64,000 bases of DNA, from the NCBI GenBank assembly GCA_964434055.1, contig CAYSSY010000003.1, positions 10,372 to 74,371 on the forward strand, read 5' to 3'. Numbering within the stretch: the first letter of the stretch is position 1; each line of letters starts with the position of its first letter. Under the pieces are notes generated by a model. It made no database searches. It was not told where the DNA came from and saw nothing but the letters and a program-made list of their open reading frames with translations. Shown piece after piece: positions 53,172 to 62,591 of the stretch. The DNA comes from an uncultured Gammaproteobacteria bacterium (lineage in GTDB: Bacteria > Patescibacteriota > Patescibacteriia > UBA2196 > CAYSSY01). The translations under genes were made by a program, and so were the position numbers.

Positions 53172-56100
53172 TTATCTTCTTTCTCTTTCTCGATTTTTAT
53201 CATGTGCGATATCTTCCTCGAGGTTCTGAATAACTTTACCGTCTTTCAAGATTTCAACATCTAGACCCAAACCTTTTAATTCACGGACCAAAACGTTAAA
53301 TGATTCCGGAACATTAACACGGCGAATTGTTTCGCCTTTAATAATAGACTCATAAGCTTTAGCTCTACCTGGTACATCATCAGATTTTATAGTTAGCATT
53401 TCCTGCAGAGTGTGGGCGGCGCCATAAGCTTCAAGAGCCCACACTTCCATTTCCCCAAAGCGTTGACCACCAAACTGAGCTTTACCGCCTAAAGGTTGCT
53501 GGGTAACTAAAGAATAAGGACCAATGGAACGTTGATGGATCTTGTCTTCAACTAAGTGATTCAATTTAAGCATGTAGGTATAACCAATGGTTGCCTGGTT
53601 ATCAAAAGGTATACCAGTCCGACCATCATAAAGGGTCACCTTACCGTTTTCAGAATAACCAGCATTTTTAAGCTCATTTTTTATTTCGTCTTCAGTGACA
53701 CCATTTAAAGTTGGGGTAGCAACTTTATAACCTAACTTCTTTGCGGCTAAGCCCAGGTGTGTCTCAAGAATCTGACCCAAATTCATACGTGAAGCAACAC
53801 CCAAGGGATTTAAGATAATATCAACAGGCGTACCATCTTTCAAATAAGGCATATTTTCTACGGCTAAAACCCGAGAAACAACACCCTTATTGCCATGTCG
53901 GCCGGCCATTTTATCACCAATCTGAACTTTAACCAAACGAGCCACTGAAATCTGTACTTGTTTAATAACACCTGAAGACAGTTTATCGCCGTTCTCTCTA
54001 CTAAATATCTTAATGTCAACCACTTTGCCATATTCACCATGTTCCAAATAAAGAGATGAATCTCTAACCTCTTTAGCTTTCTCTCCAAAAATTGCCCTTA
54101 ATAATCTTTCTTCTGCTGTCAGTTCAGTCTCACCTTTTGGGGTAATCTTACCAACTAAAATATCGCCCGAAGAAACTTCTGCTCCAATTCTGACAATACC
54201 CTGCTCGTCCAGGTTCTTTAATTTTTCTTCACCAATATTTGGAATATCCGAAGTAATAACTTCCGGACCTAATTTTGTTTCCCTAACATCAATAGTATAA
54301 TCTTCAATATGGATTGAGGTATATAGATCATCATGAACCAATCTTTCAGAAATAATAATGGCATCTTCATAGTTCCAGCCTTCCCAAGGGATAAATGCCA
54401 CTAAAATATTTTGTCCCAAAGCTAACTCACCTTTTTCTGTCGCTGGACCATCGGCGAGAACGTCACCTTTTTTAACAATATCCCCCTTATTAACCACCAC
54501 TTTCTGATTAATACATGTTGAAGCGTTTGATCGCCCAAATTTAACTAAACGATATTCTTTTATATCACCATCATCTTCAAAAATTTCTATTCTGTCTCCA
54601 GAAACCGAAGTTATTTTCCCGTCTTTCTGACAAATAATTGTTTGCCCAGCATCAGAAGCCGCTCTCTTTTCCATGCCCGTCCCAACAATTGGCGAATGCG
54701 GACTAATTAAGGGCACAGCTTGACGTTGCATATTCGTACCCATTAAAGCTCGGACAGCATCATCGTGCTCCAAAAAAGGGATAAGTGATGTGGAGACAGA
54801 AATAATTTGATTGGGTGCTACATCAACAAAATCAATTTCTTTGACATCAGCTAACATTGGCTGACCGCTTTTTCTAACCTCAGCTTTTTCCACTAAAAAA
54901 TAACCATCATTATCATGAGGAGTTGTGGCGGCTGAAGTTATATACTTTTCTTCTTCAAACGCGTCGAGGTAAATAATTTCATTGGTAATTCGCGGGCGAC
55001 CATCAGATTCTTTTATAACTTTAAAAAATGGGGTTTCAATAAAACCAAAATCATTGACTCGAGCAAAAGTTGAAAGATGACCAACTAAACCAATATTTGG
55101 ACCTTCGGGGGTGGCAATTGGACACAAGCGACCATAGTGAGTTCGATGTACATCGCGGACTTCAAAACCGGCTCTCTCTCGTGAAAGACCACCTGGGCCC
55201 ATTGCTGAAACACGTCGTTTATGCTCCAGTTCTGCCAGAGGATTTGTTTGGTCCATAAACTGAGAAAGCTGTGATGACATAAAAAATTCTTTCACTGCTC
55301 CAATTACAGGCCGTGCGTTAATTAATTGTCCTGGAGTAATAGTATTTATGTCTAAGGTTGACATCCTGTCTCTTACTATTCTTTCCATACGTGCTAGACC
55401 AACGCGAAAACGATTTTGAACCAATTCACCTATGGCTCTAATTCGTCTGTTACCCAGATGATCAATGTCGTCTGCTTCTTCTTGACTGATATTAAGACGG
55501 ATAACTTCTTTTAAAATACCCACTAAATCTTGGGGTTTAAAAACACGATGTTCTTTATTTAAAGGATAGTCTTCATTAAAACGCTGATTTAATTTGTAAC
55601 GACCAACTCGTCCAAAATCATAACGCTCAAAATTAAAAAACATGGCATGAATCAAAGATTTGGCATTGTCGACTGTAGCTAAATCACCGGGTCTAATTCT
55701 CTTATAAACTTCTTTTAAACCCTCCGCTTCAGAGTGAGATGGGTCTTTGTTTAATGTTTCTTCAATATAGTCGATAATCTTTTCACCTTTATGCAAACTG
55801 TGCTTGGTGTTAATATCACTAAAAAGATTTTTTATCTCTTCATCACTGCCAATGCCGAAGGCACGCATTAAAGAAGTCACTGGTACTTTGCGTTTGCGAT
55901 CAATTTTTACTGAAATAACATTATTTAAACTAGTTTCAATTTCCAACCAAGCCCCACGATTGGGAATAATTTTTGCCCCATAATAATTACGACCACGATA
56001 ACTATCAAAAGTAAAAAAAACACCCGCCGATCTAATAAACTGGGAAACGACTACACGTTCAATACCATTAATAACAAAAGTACCGCGATCAGTCATTAAC

Positions 56101-56474
56101 GGAAAATCACCTAAATAGATTTCTTGTTCTTTAACTTGACCTGTTCTTTTATTAACCAATTTGGCTATGACTCTTAAAGGCGCCTCGAAGGTAGTGTTTC
56201 GGGCTTTTGCGGTTACCTCGTCAAATTTGGGTTCATCCAAAAAATAGTTACCAAAATACAATTCTAAATCACGCCCAATAAAGTCTCTTATGGGTGAAGT
56301 TTCATCAAATAATTCTTTTAAACCATCTTCAAAAAACCATTGATATGACCTTTTTTGAACTTCAATTAAATCAGGCGGTTCAATGGTAAGCAGGTCATGA
56401 GATTTTTTAAAATACTTTCTGGTTGTTTGCTGTGAAAAGTAGGTAGTTTTATCTGTGGATAAGGGTGATATCAT
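53172..56474 (-). CDS. rpoB: DNA-directed RNA polymerase subunit beta
   Basis: It carries conserved beta-subunit blocks ([10 protein letters not shown], the Rif-cluster region, C-terminal flap/clamp regions). It lies immediately upstream of rpoC. Confidence 0.97.
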   Translation of the reverse strand: MISPLSTDKTTYFSQQTTRKYFKKSHDLLTIEPPDLIEVQKRSYQWFFEDGLKELFDETSPIRDFIGRDLELYFGNYFLDEPKFDEVTAKARNTTFEAPLRVIAKLVNKRTGQVKEQEIYLGDFPLMTDRGTFVINGIERVVVSQFIRSAGVFFTFDSYRGRNYYGAKIIPNRGAWLEIETSLNNVISVKIDRKRKVPVTSLMRAFGIGSDEEIKNLFSDINTKHSLHKGEKIIDYIEETLNKDPSHSEAEGLKEVYKRIRPGDLATVDNAKSLIHAMFFNFERYDFGRVGRYKLNQRFNEDYPLNKEHRVFKPQDLVGILKEVIRLNISQEEADDIDHLGNRRIRAIGELVQNRFRVGLARMERIVRDRMSTLDINTITPGQLINARPVIGAVKEFFMSSQLSQFMDQTNPLAELEHKRRVSAMGPGGLSRERAGFEVRDVHRTHYGRLCPIATPEGPNIGLVGHLSTFARVNDFGFIETPFFKVIKESDGRPRITNEIIYLDAFEEEKYITSAATTPHDNDGYFLVEKAEVRKSGQPMLADVKEIDFVDVAPNQIISVSTSLIPFLEHDDAVRALMGTNMQRQAVPLISPHSPIVGTGMEKRAASDAGQTIICQKDGKITSVSGDRIEIFEDDGDIKEYRLVKFGRSNASTCINQKVVVNKGDIVKKGDVLADGPATEKGELALGQNILVAFIPWEGWNYEDAIIISERLVHDDLYTSIHIEDYTIDVRETKLGPEVITSDIPNIGEEKLKNLDEQGIVRIGAEVSSGDILVGKITPKGETELTAEERLLRAIFGEKAKEVRDSSLYLEHGEYGKVVDIKIFSRENGDKLSSGVIKQVQISVARLVKVQIGDKMAGRHGNKGVVSRVLAVENMPYLKDGTPVDIILNPLGVASRMNLGQILETHLGLAAKKLGYKVATPTLNGVTEDEIKNELKNAGYSENGKVTLYDGRTGIPFDNQATIGYTYMLKLNHLVEDKIHQRSIGPYSLVTQQPLGGKAQFGGQRFGEMEVWALEAYGAAHTLQEMLTIKSDDVPGRAKAYESIIKGETIRRVNVPESFNVLVRELKGLGLDVEILKDGKVIQNLEEDIAHDKNRERERR

Positions 56475-56720
56475 GTAGTTTTTTTGGCTTATATTAGCTA
56501 AAAAATAATATTTATTGGCTACCTAAATATACAAAAATAAACTCCATCTTTAGTTTTATTTTTGATCGAGTAATTATTTACAGACTAAAAAAGTCTAAGA
56601 AATATTTAAATTGTTCATAAATTGATACTATCAAAAAAAGCTTTAGCTTGTCAAGCTAAATTGAAAAAAGTCTATTTAAAACATGTTATTATTAAAAAAA
56701 GGCTAAAATTAAACAAATTT

Positions 56721-58073
56721 TTAAATTAACTCTTTTACTACTTTTCGATCATCCCAGGAAATTTTTTTACCATCGGCAATGCAAATTGCTTGTTCTGCAC
56801 CTTTTCCAGTAATCAGTACTAAATCACCGGGTTCGGCCAATAACAGTGCTTGATTAATTGCCTCACGTCTATCTAAAATTTTTAAAACTTTATTTTTTTG
56901 TTTGCTGTCTATTAATTCTTCAGCACCAGCGGCTACTTCATTAATAATTTGTTCAGGCTGTTCGTCGTATGGATCTTCGTTGGTTACAATAATCAGATCG
57001 GCATTTTCAGCGGCTATTCTACCTAAAACTGGCCTCCGTGCTTTATCACGACCGCCGCCAGTTGATCCAAGAATATGAATAATCTTTTTATGTGGCAAGT
57101 CTTTAATTGTCTGATATAAATTTGTCAGAGCTTTGGGCTCGAAGGCATAATCGACAATAATTTTTAGATTACGATTATTTTCGATGAATTCCATCCTGCC
57201 AGGCAGGGGTTTTAATTTTTCCACTGCGTTCTTTATTTGTGTTTTCTCAAGGTAAAAAACCTTAGCCACACAAATAGCGGCTAAAACATTATAAATATTA
57301 TATATACCCAGAAGAGGAATGTTAAATATGGAATGTTGAATATCGGCTGAGATAAAATTATTTTTCTGGTGAATGTTATCGGCTGATATACTGGCTAACT
57401 GATATCGGCTACTTGCTATTGTTTTATTCGCTACCATATACCCCATCTTCTCATCAGCCGGAAACCCTAAAAAATATTCCGCGTATTCATTATCTAAATT
57501 AACAATGATAGTCTTTTTAATTTCTATTTTGAGTTCTGTTAATTGTTTTTTGGGGGTTGTGGTCATTAAGTAGGCAAACAGTTTCCCTTTAGCCTTTTTA
57601 TAATTTTCAAAACCACCGTGTGCTTCAATGTGTTCCGGGTAAAGATTAGTAAAAACTAAAACATCATAATTAATGCCAACGTGACGGAACTGCTCAATCC
57701 CTTGTGAAGAAGTTTCTATGATTGCCACCTGACAACCAGCTTTGATCATGTCTTTTAAAAATTTTTGAGTTTGGAAACGACCAAGCATTGTCATTTTACG
57801 ATCATTCAACCATTCTTTTGCACCAATCTTAAATAAAGTAGTCGTGGTCATACCAACCCTGAAACCACAAGACTCTAGTATCTGACTGATAAAATAACAA
57901 GTCGAAGATTTACCAGCAGTTCCGGTTACACCAATAACGATCATCTTTTCTGATGGATAACCATAAATAAAAGCGCTCAATAAGGCTAATGCATGATGAT
58001 ACAACGGTTGAATTAATTTAAATACACTCTTCGGAACAATTTTTTTAATTTGACTAAGAATTATATCAATCAT
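56721..58073 (-). CDS. Mur ligase family protein with MurE-like central/C-terminal domains but only ~45 aa before the P-loop (no UDP-binding domain 1)
   Basis: It carries the P-loop VIGVTGTAGKSST, YPEHIEAHGG, the Mur-ligase PGRMEF motif and the C-terminal GGGRDKARRP...DLVLITGKGAEQ..I.DGKKISWDD motif. Confidence 0.7.
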   Translation of the reverse strand: MIDIILSQIKKIVPKSVFKLIQPLYHHALALLSAFIYGYPSEKMIVIGVTGTAGKSSTCYFISQILESCGFRVGMTTTTLFKIGAKEWLNDRKMTMLGRFQTQKFLKDMIKAGCQVAIIETSSQGIEQFRHVGINYDVLVFTNLYPEHIEAHGGFENYKKAKGKLFAYLMTTTPKKQLTELKIEIKKTIIVNLDNEYAEYFLGFPADEKMGYMVANKTIASSRYQLASISADNIHQKNNFISADIQHSIFNIPLLGIYNIYNVLAAICVAKVFYLEKTQIKNAVEKLKPLPGRMEFIENNRNLKIIVDYAFEPKALTNLYQTIKDLPHKKIIHILGSTGGGRDKARRPVLGRIAAENADLIIVTNEDPYDEQPEQIINEVAAGAEELIDSKQKNKVLKILDRREAINQALLLAEPGDLVLITGKGAEQAICIADGKKISWDDRKVVKELI

Positions 58074-58093
58074 ATTAAAATTTTATGTTTAGT

Positions 58094-58618
58094 CTAACCA
58101 TAAACTTCAACAATTTCAATAATTAAGGCAATCCATAAACTGAATTTCACACAAAATTGAACCAAGGTTCTTAAATCACTATGCTTTTTACTTTTAAAAA
58201 AATATTCAATAAAAATTATTAAAATAAAAAATAACTCACAATAGATAAAAAGTTTCAAAATTAAAACTTGACCATGAAACCAATCCCAAACAACAAAATA
58301 CAAAGCGATATGATTAAAACGATCACTAACGGCGTCAAATTTTTCACCAAAATAAGTAACTTGATCTCGTAATCTGGCAACCGCACCATCAAGTAAATCA
58401 AAAAAATATCCGAAAAAAAATAAAAGACTCTGGATTGGCCTGGGCTGATAATAAGCAATTGGCAGCCAAATCAAAACTACAATAAACCTAAAAAGTGTCA
58501 CTAAATTGGGCGTTACCCGGCGTGGTAAAATTCTGACCACAGGTTCAAAAATATTATCTTTCCATTTTTTTAAAAGATCGTGTTGAGCAACTAATTTATT
58601 ACCAATATCACTTAACAT
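58094..58618 (-). CDS. CDP-alcohol phosphatidyltransferase family protein
   Basis: It carries the signature D-x2-DG-x2-AR-x8-G-x3-D-x3-D (DLLDGAVARLRDQVTYFGEKFDAVSDR) in a multi-TM protein. Confidence 0.7.
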   Translation of the reverse strand: MLSDIGNKLVAQHDLLKKWKDNIFEPVVRILPRRVTPNLVTLFRFIVVLIWLPIAYYQPRPIQSLLFFFGYFFDLLDGAVARLRDQVTYFGEKFDAVSDRFNHIALYFVVWDWFHGQVLILKLFIYCELFFILIIFIEYFFKSKKHSDLRTLVQFCVKFSLWIALIIEIVEVYG

Positions 58619-59663
58619 ATTTTATTGAAAAATTATCATTCTGATTCAAGTGGTGATAAAAAAAGATACCAACTGGAAAATATAACCAATAAGAAAAGAA
58701 ACGATAAACTAACATAACCATTAAGGCCAACTCTAATTGAAAACCAAAAGAATTTAAAACCAACACCAATGACCCTTCAAAAGTTCCTAAACCACCGGGA
58801 AGAAATGATATTAAACTGATCAATCTAGAAAAAGCAAAAGCTGCTAAAGCTAAACCAACAGAAATTGTCTGCCCAAATGAATTAAAAACAAGGATAATTG
58901 TTAAACCCTCTCCGATAAATTTAATTAATTGAATTAATGTCGGTTTAATTAAATCTTTCTTATGATTCTTGATCCAATCCAGATCTTGATAAAAATCTTT
59001 CAATATTTCATCAACCCGGGCATTGTTTTCTTCGTCATTACCGTTTGAGAGACCTGTTTTTTTTAAAAACCACAACACTCGACCTTTAGCCTTACCGTGC
59101 TTACCTAACCAAAAATTAAGCAAAAAACATATAATCAATAAAAGAAGAATAAAAATCGGCAAAATATAAATGCTAGTTTTAGCAATTCTCCCTGAAAAAC
59201 CAACATGATATATAAGATAACCTAAGGTCCATATAGTTAGCAAGACAAAAGCTGAATAAAAACAAACAAATTCAATAATAACCGACATCAAACCCTTACC
59301 TTCTTTCACGCCTTGACCTTTAAGATTTTTTAAAAAATGAATATTGCCCGCAAAACCTAAAGAAGGAATAGTAAAATTCAAAAATAATATTAAAACTGTT
59401 GATTTCATTAAATACCATAATTTCAAATGAGGAAAACGCAAAATCTTAAAGATTACTCGATAGACATTACCTTGAAGAAAAACAATCAGAAATTGAGCAA
59501 AAAAAGCCCCTAATAACCAAATTATTTGGGCCGACATCAACAGACGACCTATCTCCTTAAGCTCTGCTAAACGAAAAAAAACTATACAAACTACTAATAA
59601 CAATATGATTGGAAAAAATAATTTTTTCCAGCTAAAAAATGAATCTTTAATGCTTTCTAACAT
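58608..59663 (-). CDS. integral membrane protein of the lysyl-phosphatidylglycerol-synthase TM-region / flippase-like (UPF0104) type
   Basis: It is 351 aa with about 8 TM helices. Its N-terminal architecture and overall topology resemble MprF-flippase-like standalone proteins. The assignment rests on topology and pattern only. Confidence 0.45.
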   Translation of the reverse strand: MLESIKDSFFSWKKLFFPIILLLVVCIVFFRLAELKEIGRLLMSAQIIWLLGAFFAQFLIVFLQGNVYRVIFKILRFPHLKLWYLMKSTVLILFLNFTIPSLGFAGNIHFLKNLKGQGVKEGKGLMSVIIEFVCFYSAFVLLTIWTLGYLIYHVGFSGRIAKTSIYILPIFILLLLIICFLLNFWLGKHGKAKGRVLWFLKKTGLSNGNDEENNARVDEILKDFYQDLDWIKNHKKDLIKPTLIQLIKFIGEGLTIILVFNSFGQTISVGLALAAFAFSRLISLISFLPGGLGTFEGSLVLVLNSFGFQLELALMVMLVYRFFSYWLYFPVGIFFYHHLNQNDNFSIKYVK

Positions 59664-59826
59664 AGTTTTTTTCTTACATTAACTATCACTAAGCAAATCA
59701 ACTGTCTAAAGATATTGCCTTTAATAAAATATAAAATAGTTGCTCGACCAATACCACTTAAAGAACCGGATATTAAGACAACTTTATTTTCTAAAAATAT
59801 TATACTTTTATTTCTATCAAGTTATT

Positions 59827-59898
59827 TGCCCCCAGCAGGAATCGAACCCACATTCCAAGCTCCGGAAGCTTGTGTCCTATCCATTGAACGATGGGGGC
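59827..59898 (-). tRNA. tRNA-Arg (anticodon CCG), 72 nt
   Basis: On the minus strand the sequence reads GCCCCCATCGTTCAATGGATAGGACACAAGCTTCCGGAGCTTGGAATGTGGGTTCGATTCCTGCTGGGGGCA. The acceptor stem is GCCCCCA/TGGGGGC, the D-stem is GTTC/GGAC, the anticodon stem-loop is CAAGC-TTCCGGA-GCTTG and the T-loop is TTCGATT. Confidence 0.8.
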
Positions 59899-59935
59899 TT
59901 TATCTACAATTGTAATTTTATTATCAAAATAATAA

Positions 59936-61057
59936 CTAACTAAATATAATCATCTTAACTACCTTATAAAGATTCAACCATTTATTGTTAATAATAAAAT
60001 CTAAAGCACCGACATAATTTATTTCTCGGCCGGTTTTTTCCCCAATAAATCCCCGTTTAAATCTAGTAATGCCCAACCAGCTATTCGTTGCCTGATTTTT
60101 GTCATTTGGTGTTTGTAAAGCTATCCCCCAAAAATCATACCAATGATAACCCTGTTTCTTGGCCCATCTAATTGCCGCCCATTGTGTAGCATAATTAGGC
60201 ATAACATCTCTAAAATTATTTGCTGAACCACCATGCAAATAAGTTGCAGTGTCTCCAAAACCCATGACCATTATAGCAGCGAGTACCTTGTTTTGATATT
60301 CAGAAAAAAATAAACAATTTTTTAAATCAGTTCCTGTCTGATCGGAATAATTGAAATAATCTATTAAACTCTGGTAATATTTTTTGCTAAAAATTTTAAT
60401 GCCATCGCGTTGGGCTGTTTCTTGAAGTAAATTATAAAAATTATCAATTTGGGATTTAGAATTTGAAATTGGTGATTTAACGATAACCCCTTTTTTTTCC
60501 GCCAATCTTATATTATATCTGCACTTATGGTGCATGTCTGCTAAAATTTCTTCTTCTGATTTTGTTAAATCAAGAAGCAAGGTAGTGTTTGGATTTTTAG
60601 AATGAACTAAAATTTGTGGTGTCATTAGGCCAGGAATCATAACCTGTAAATCATGCTCATCATATGGTGGCTCAATTCTAAAAAAAATAATTTGCTCCTG
60701 CTTAGCTGTCTTATTAATTTCTCCTACTAACGACTCGAGTATTTCTTTTTTGTCTTCATTTTTTGATATTGAATTTAAGATTACCGGCCCACGCGGACAC
60801 TCCCAATAGTATCTAGCTAAGGGCAATTTCTTTTTGATTATTAAGGCAGTCGCAACTAATTCTGCTTGACCAATATTCTTATTATTGAATAATGTTTTCG
60901 TGCTATAAATAGTGTAATACTTAACTTTTTCCCCTAAGGACTGACGAAACTTACCCCATGTCCAACTTTGCAAAAAAGAAGATGGGGAAGAATTCTCCAT
61001 CACAAATTTATCCCATTTTTTTTGAAAATTTTCGTCATTAATTTCTCTAATTTCCAT
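59936..61057 (-). CDS. FemAB-family aminoacyl-tRNA-dependent peptidyltransferase-like protein
   Basis: The N-terminal FLQSWTWGKF motif is characteristic of the FemX/FemAB family. The 373-aa length fits a tandem GNAT-like fold. Confidence 0.65.
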   Translation of the reverse strand: MEIREINDENFQKKWDKFVMENSSPSSFLQSWTWGKFRQSLGEKVKYYTIYSTKTLFNNKNIGQAELVATALIIKKKLPLARYYWECPRGPVILNSISKNEDKKEILESLVGEINKTAKQEQIIFFRIEPPYDEHDLQVMIPGLMTPQILVHSKNPNTTLLLDLTKSEEEILADMHHKCRYNIRLAEKKGVIVKSPISNSKSQIDNFYNLLQETAQRDGIKIFSKKYYQSLIDYFNYSDQTGTDLKNCLFFSEYQNKVLAAIMVMGFGDTATYLHGGSANNFRDVMPNYATQWAAIRWAKKQGYHWYDFWGIALQTPNDKNQATNSWLGITRFKRGFIGEKTGREINYVGALDFIINNKWLNLYKVVKMIIFS

Positions 61058-61176
61058 ATTACTAATCTAACATTTTAACCCTTGAAAATCAATTAACAGA
61101 CTAAGGCGGGGATATAGATAGTGATTATTTTTTAAAAAATAAAAACAAGCATTTTTAAGACTTGTTTTTTAAAAAA

Positions 61177-61755
61177 TTACCTTTTACCTAACATTTTTAG
61201 GGCCTGCTTGATTGTTTCATTCTCGTCGGTTAAGTTAGTTGAAATTCTTCTCATAACTTCACGTACTTCTCTTTCCGAATAACCCAAACCTTGCAGAGCT
61301 TCAAAGACACCGTGATCATCATTAATACTCTTAATATCCTGCTCACTTAACGCCAAATTTTCTAACTTATCTTTAAGCTCGACAATGATACGATCAGCCG
61401 TCTTTTGTCCAATACCAGAAACCTTGCGCAATAGGGTTGGATCGCCGTGAACAATTGCCTTTTTAATTTCATTGATTTTCGCAATCGTCAGTACCTGAAG
61501 CGCTGATTTTGGACCAACACCTGAAATAGTTATTAACAACTCAAAAAAATTTTTTTCTTCAATTGTTTCAAAGCCATAAAGTTCCATCACATCCTGTCTG
61601 ACATGTAAATGACAAAAGAACTCCTTAACTTCCCCAATTTTCAAGCGTTCTAAAAATGACAAAGGCAGAAAAATTTCATAACCGATATTATTAATATCAA
61701 GAGTTAATGAACGTTGATTCTTATTTTTAATCTGACCTTTTAGATAGGAAATCAT
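61177..61755 (-). CDS. ruvA: Holliday junction branch migration protein RuvA
   Basis: It has an OB domain (MISYLKGQI...GYEIF), an HhH2 region (LITISGVGPKSALQVL) and a C-terminal domain III. Confidence 0.9.
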   Translation of the reverse strand: MISYLKGQIKNKNQRSLTLDINNIGYEIFLPLSFLERLKIGEVKEFFCHLHVRQDVMELYGFETIEEKNFFELLITISGVGPKSALQVLTIAKINEIKKAIVHGDPTLLRKVSGIGQKTADRIIVELKDKLENLALSEQDIKSINDDHGVFEALQGLGYSEREVREVMRRISTNLTDENETIKQALKMLGKR

Positions 61756-61890
61756 TTTTTGAAAAAATTAAACTTTAATCATAGTTTAATTTTAACAGAT
61801 CCTTGGGTTATTTTCAATTTTAATATCCAACCAAATCAGCTATAATATAATTGCTAAATAATTGGCGAAAAAAAATATTTAATATAAATT

Positions 61891-62583
61891 ATGACGGTTA
61901 TAAAAATTGCCCATCGTGGAGCTTCTGGTTATAAACCACAAAACACACTGGCAGCTTTTGATAAAGCATGTGAACTTAAAGTCGACTATATTGAATGTGA
62001 CACTAGATTGTGTCATAGTGGACAGCTAGTTGTAATCCATGATAAAACCGTTGATAAAACAACCAATGGAAAGGGCAGTGTTTCAAAGTTAACATTACAA
62101 GAATTAAAAAAACTTGACGCGGGACAAGGCGAATCAATTCCGACTTTGGCTGAAGTATTGGGACGTTATCAACACCGAGTTAAAATAATGGTTGACTTGA
62201 AATCTCCTAACTGTGCTAATGCTTTTTTAGAACTTATTCGCCGCTACCAGGCGCAAAAAAATATCATCGCTGCTTCCACTTATCATCATTTATTAGCCTC
62301 AATAAAAATAAGAGAACCAAAAATCGAAACTGCTATTTCTTTTGATATTTACAATTATTTAAAACATTTTTTTGTTAAAAATTTCTTTGTGGCCGCCGCA
62401 AAAATTATCAAAGCAGAAAATGTCAACATTTATTACAAATTTATAGATGAAGATCTAGTTAAACGCGCTCATCGCCATAAAATAAAAATTAATGCTTTCC
62501 CGCCGAATAATATTGAAGAAATTAAATGGCTGAAAAACATTAAAGTCGACGGGATTATTTCAAACTTCCCTGATTTAATATAG
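61891..62583 (+). CDS. glycerophosphodiester phosphodiesterase family protein
   Basis: It carries the GDPD motifs IAHRGASGYKPQNTLAAF, ECDTRLCHSGQLVVIHD and a metal-binding Glu/Asp. Confidence 0.85.
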   Translation: MTVIKIAHRGASGYKPQNTLAAFDKACELKVDYIECDTRLCHSGQLVVIHDKTVDKTTNGKGSVSKLTLQELKKLDAGQGESIPTLAEVLGRYQHRVKIMVDLKSPNCANAFLELIRRYQAQKNIIAASTYHHLLASIKIREPKIETAISFDIYNYLKHFFVKNFFVAAAKIIKAENVNIYYKFIDEDLVKRAHRHKIKINAFPPNNIEEIKWLKNIKVDGIISNFPDLI

Positions 62584-62591
62584 AAACATTT

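Noticed and set aside
59715-59943. Two overlapping plus-strand ORFs (66 and 67 aa)
   Set aside because: They overlap the minus-strand tRNA-Arg gene and its flanks. They are artefacts of the intergenic region.
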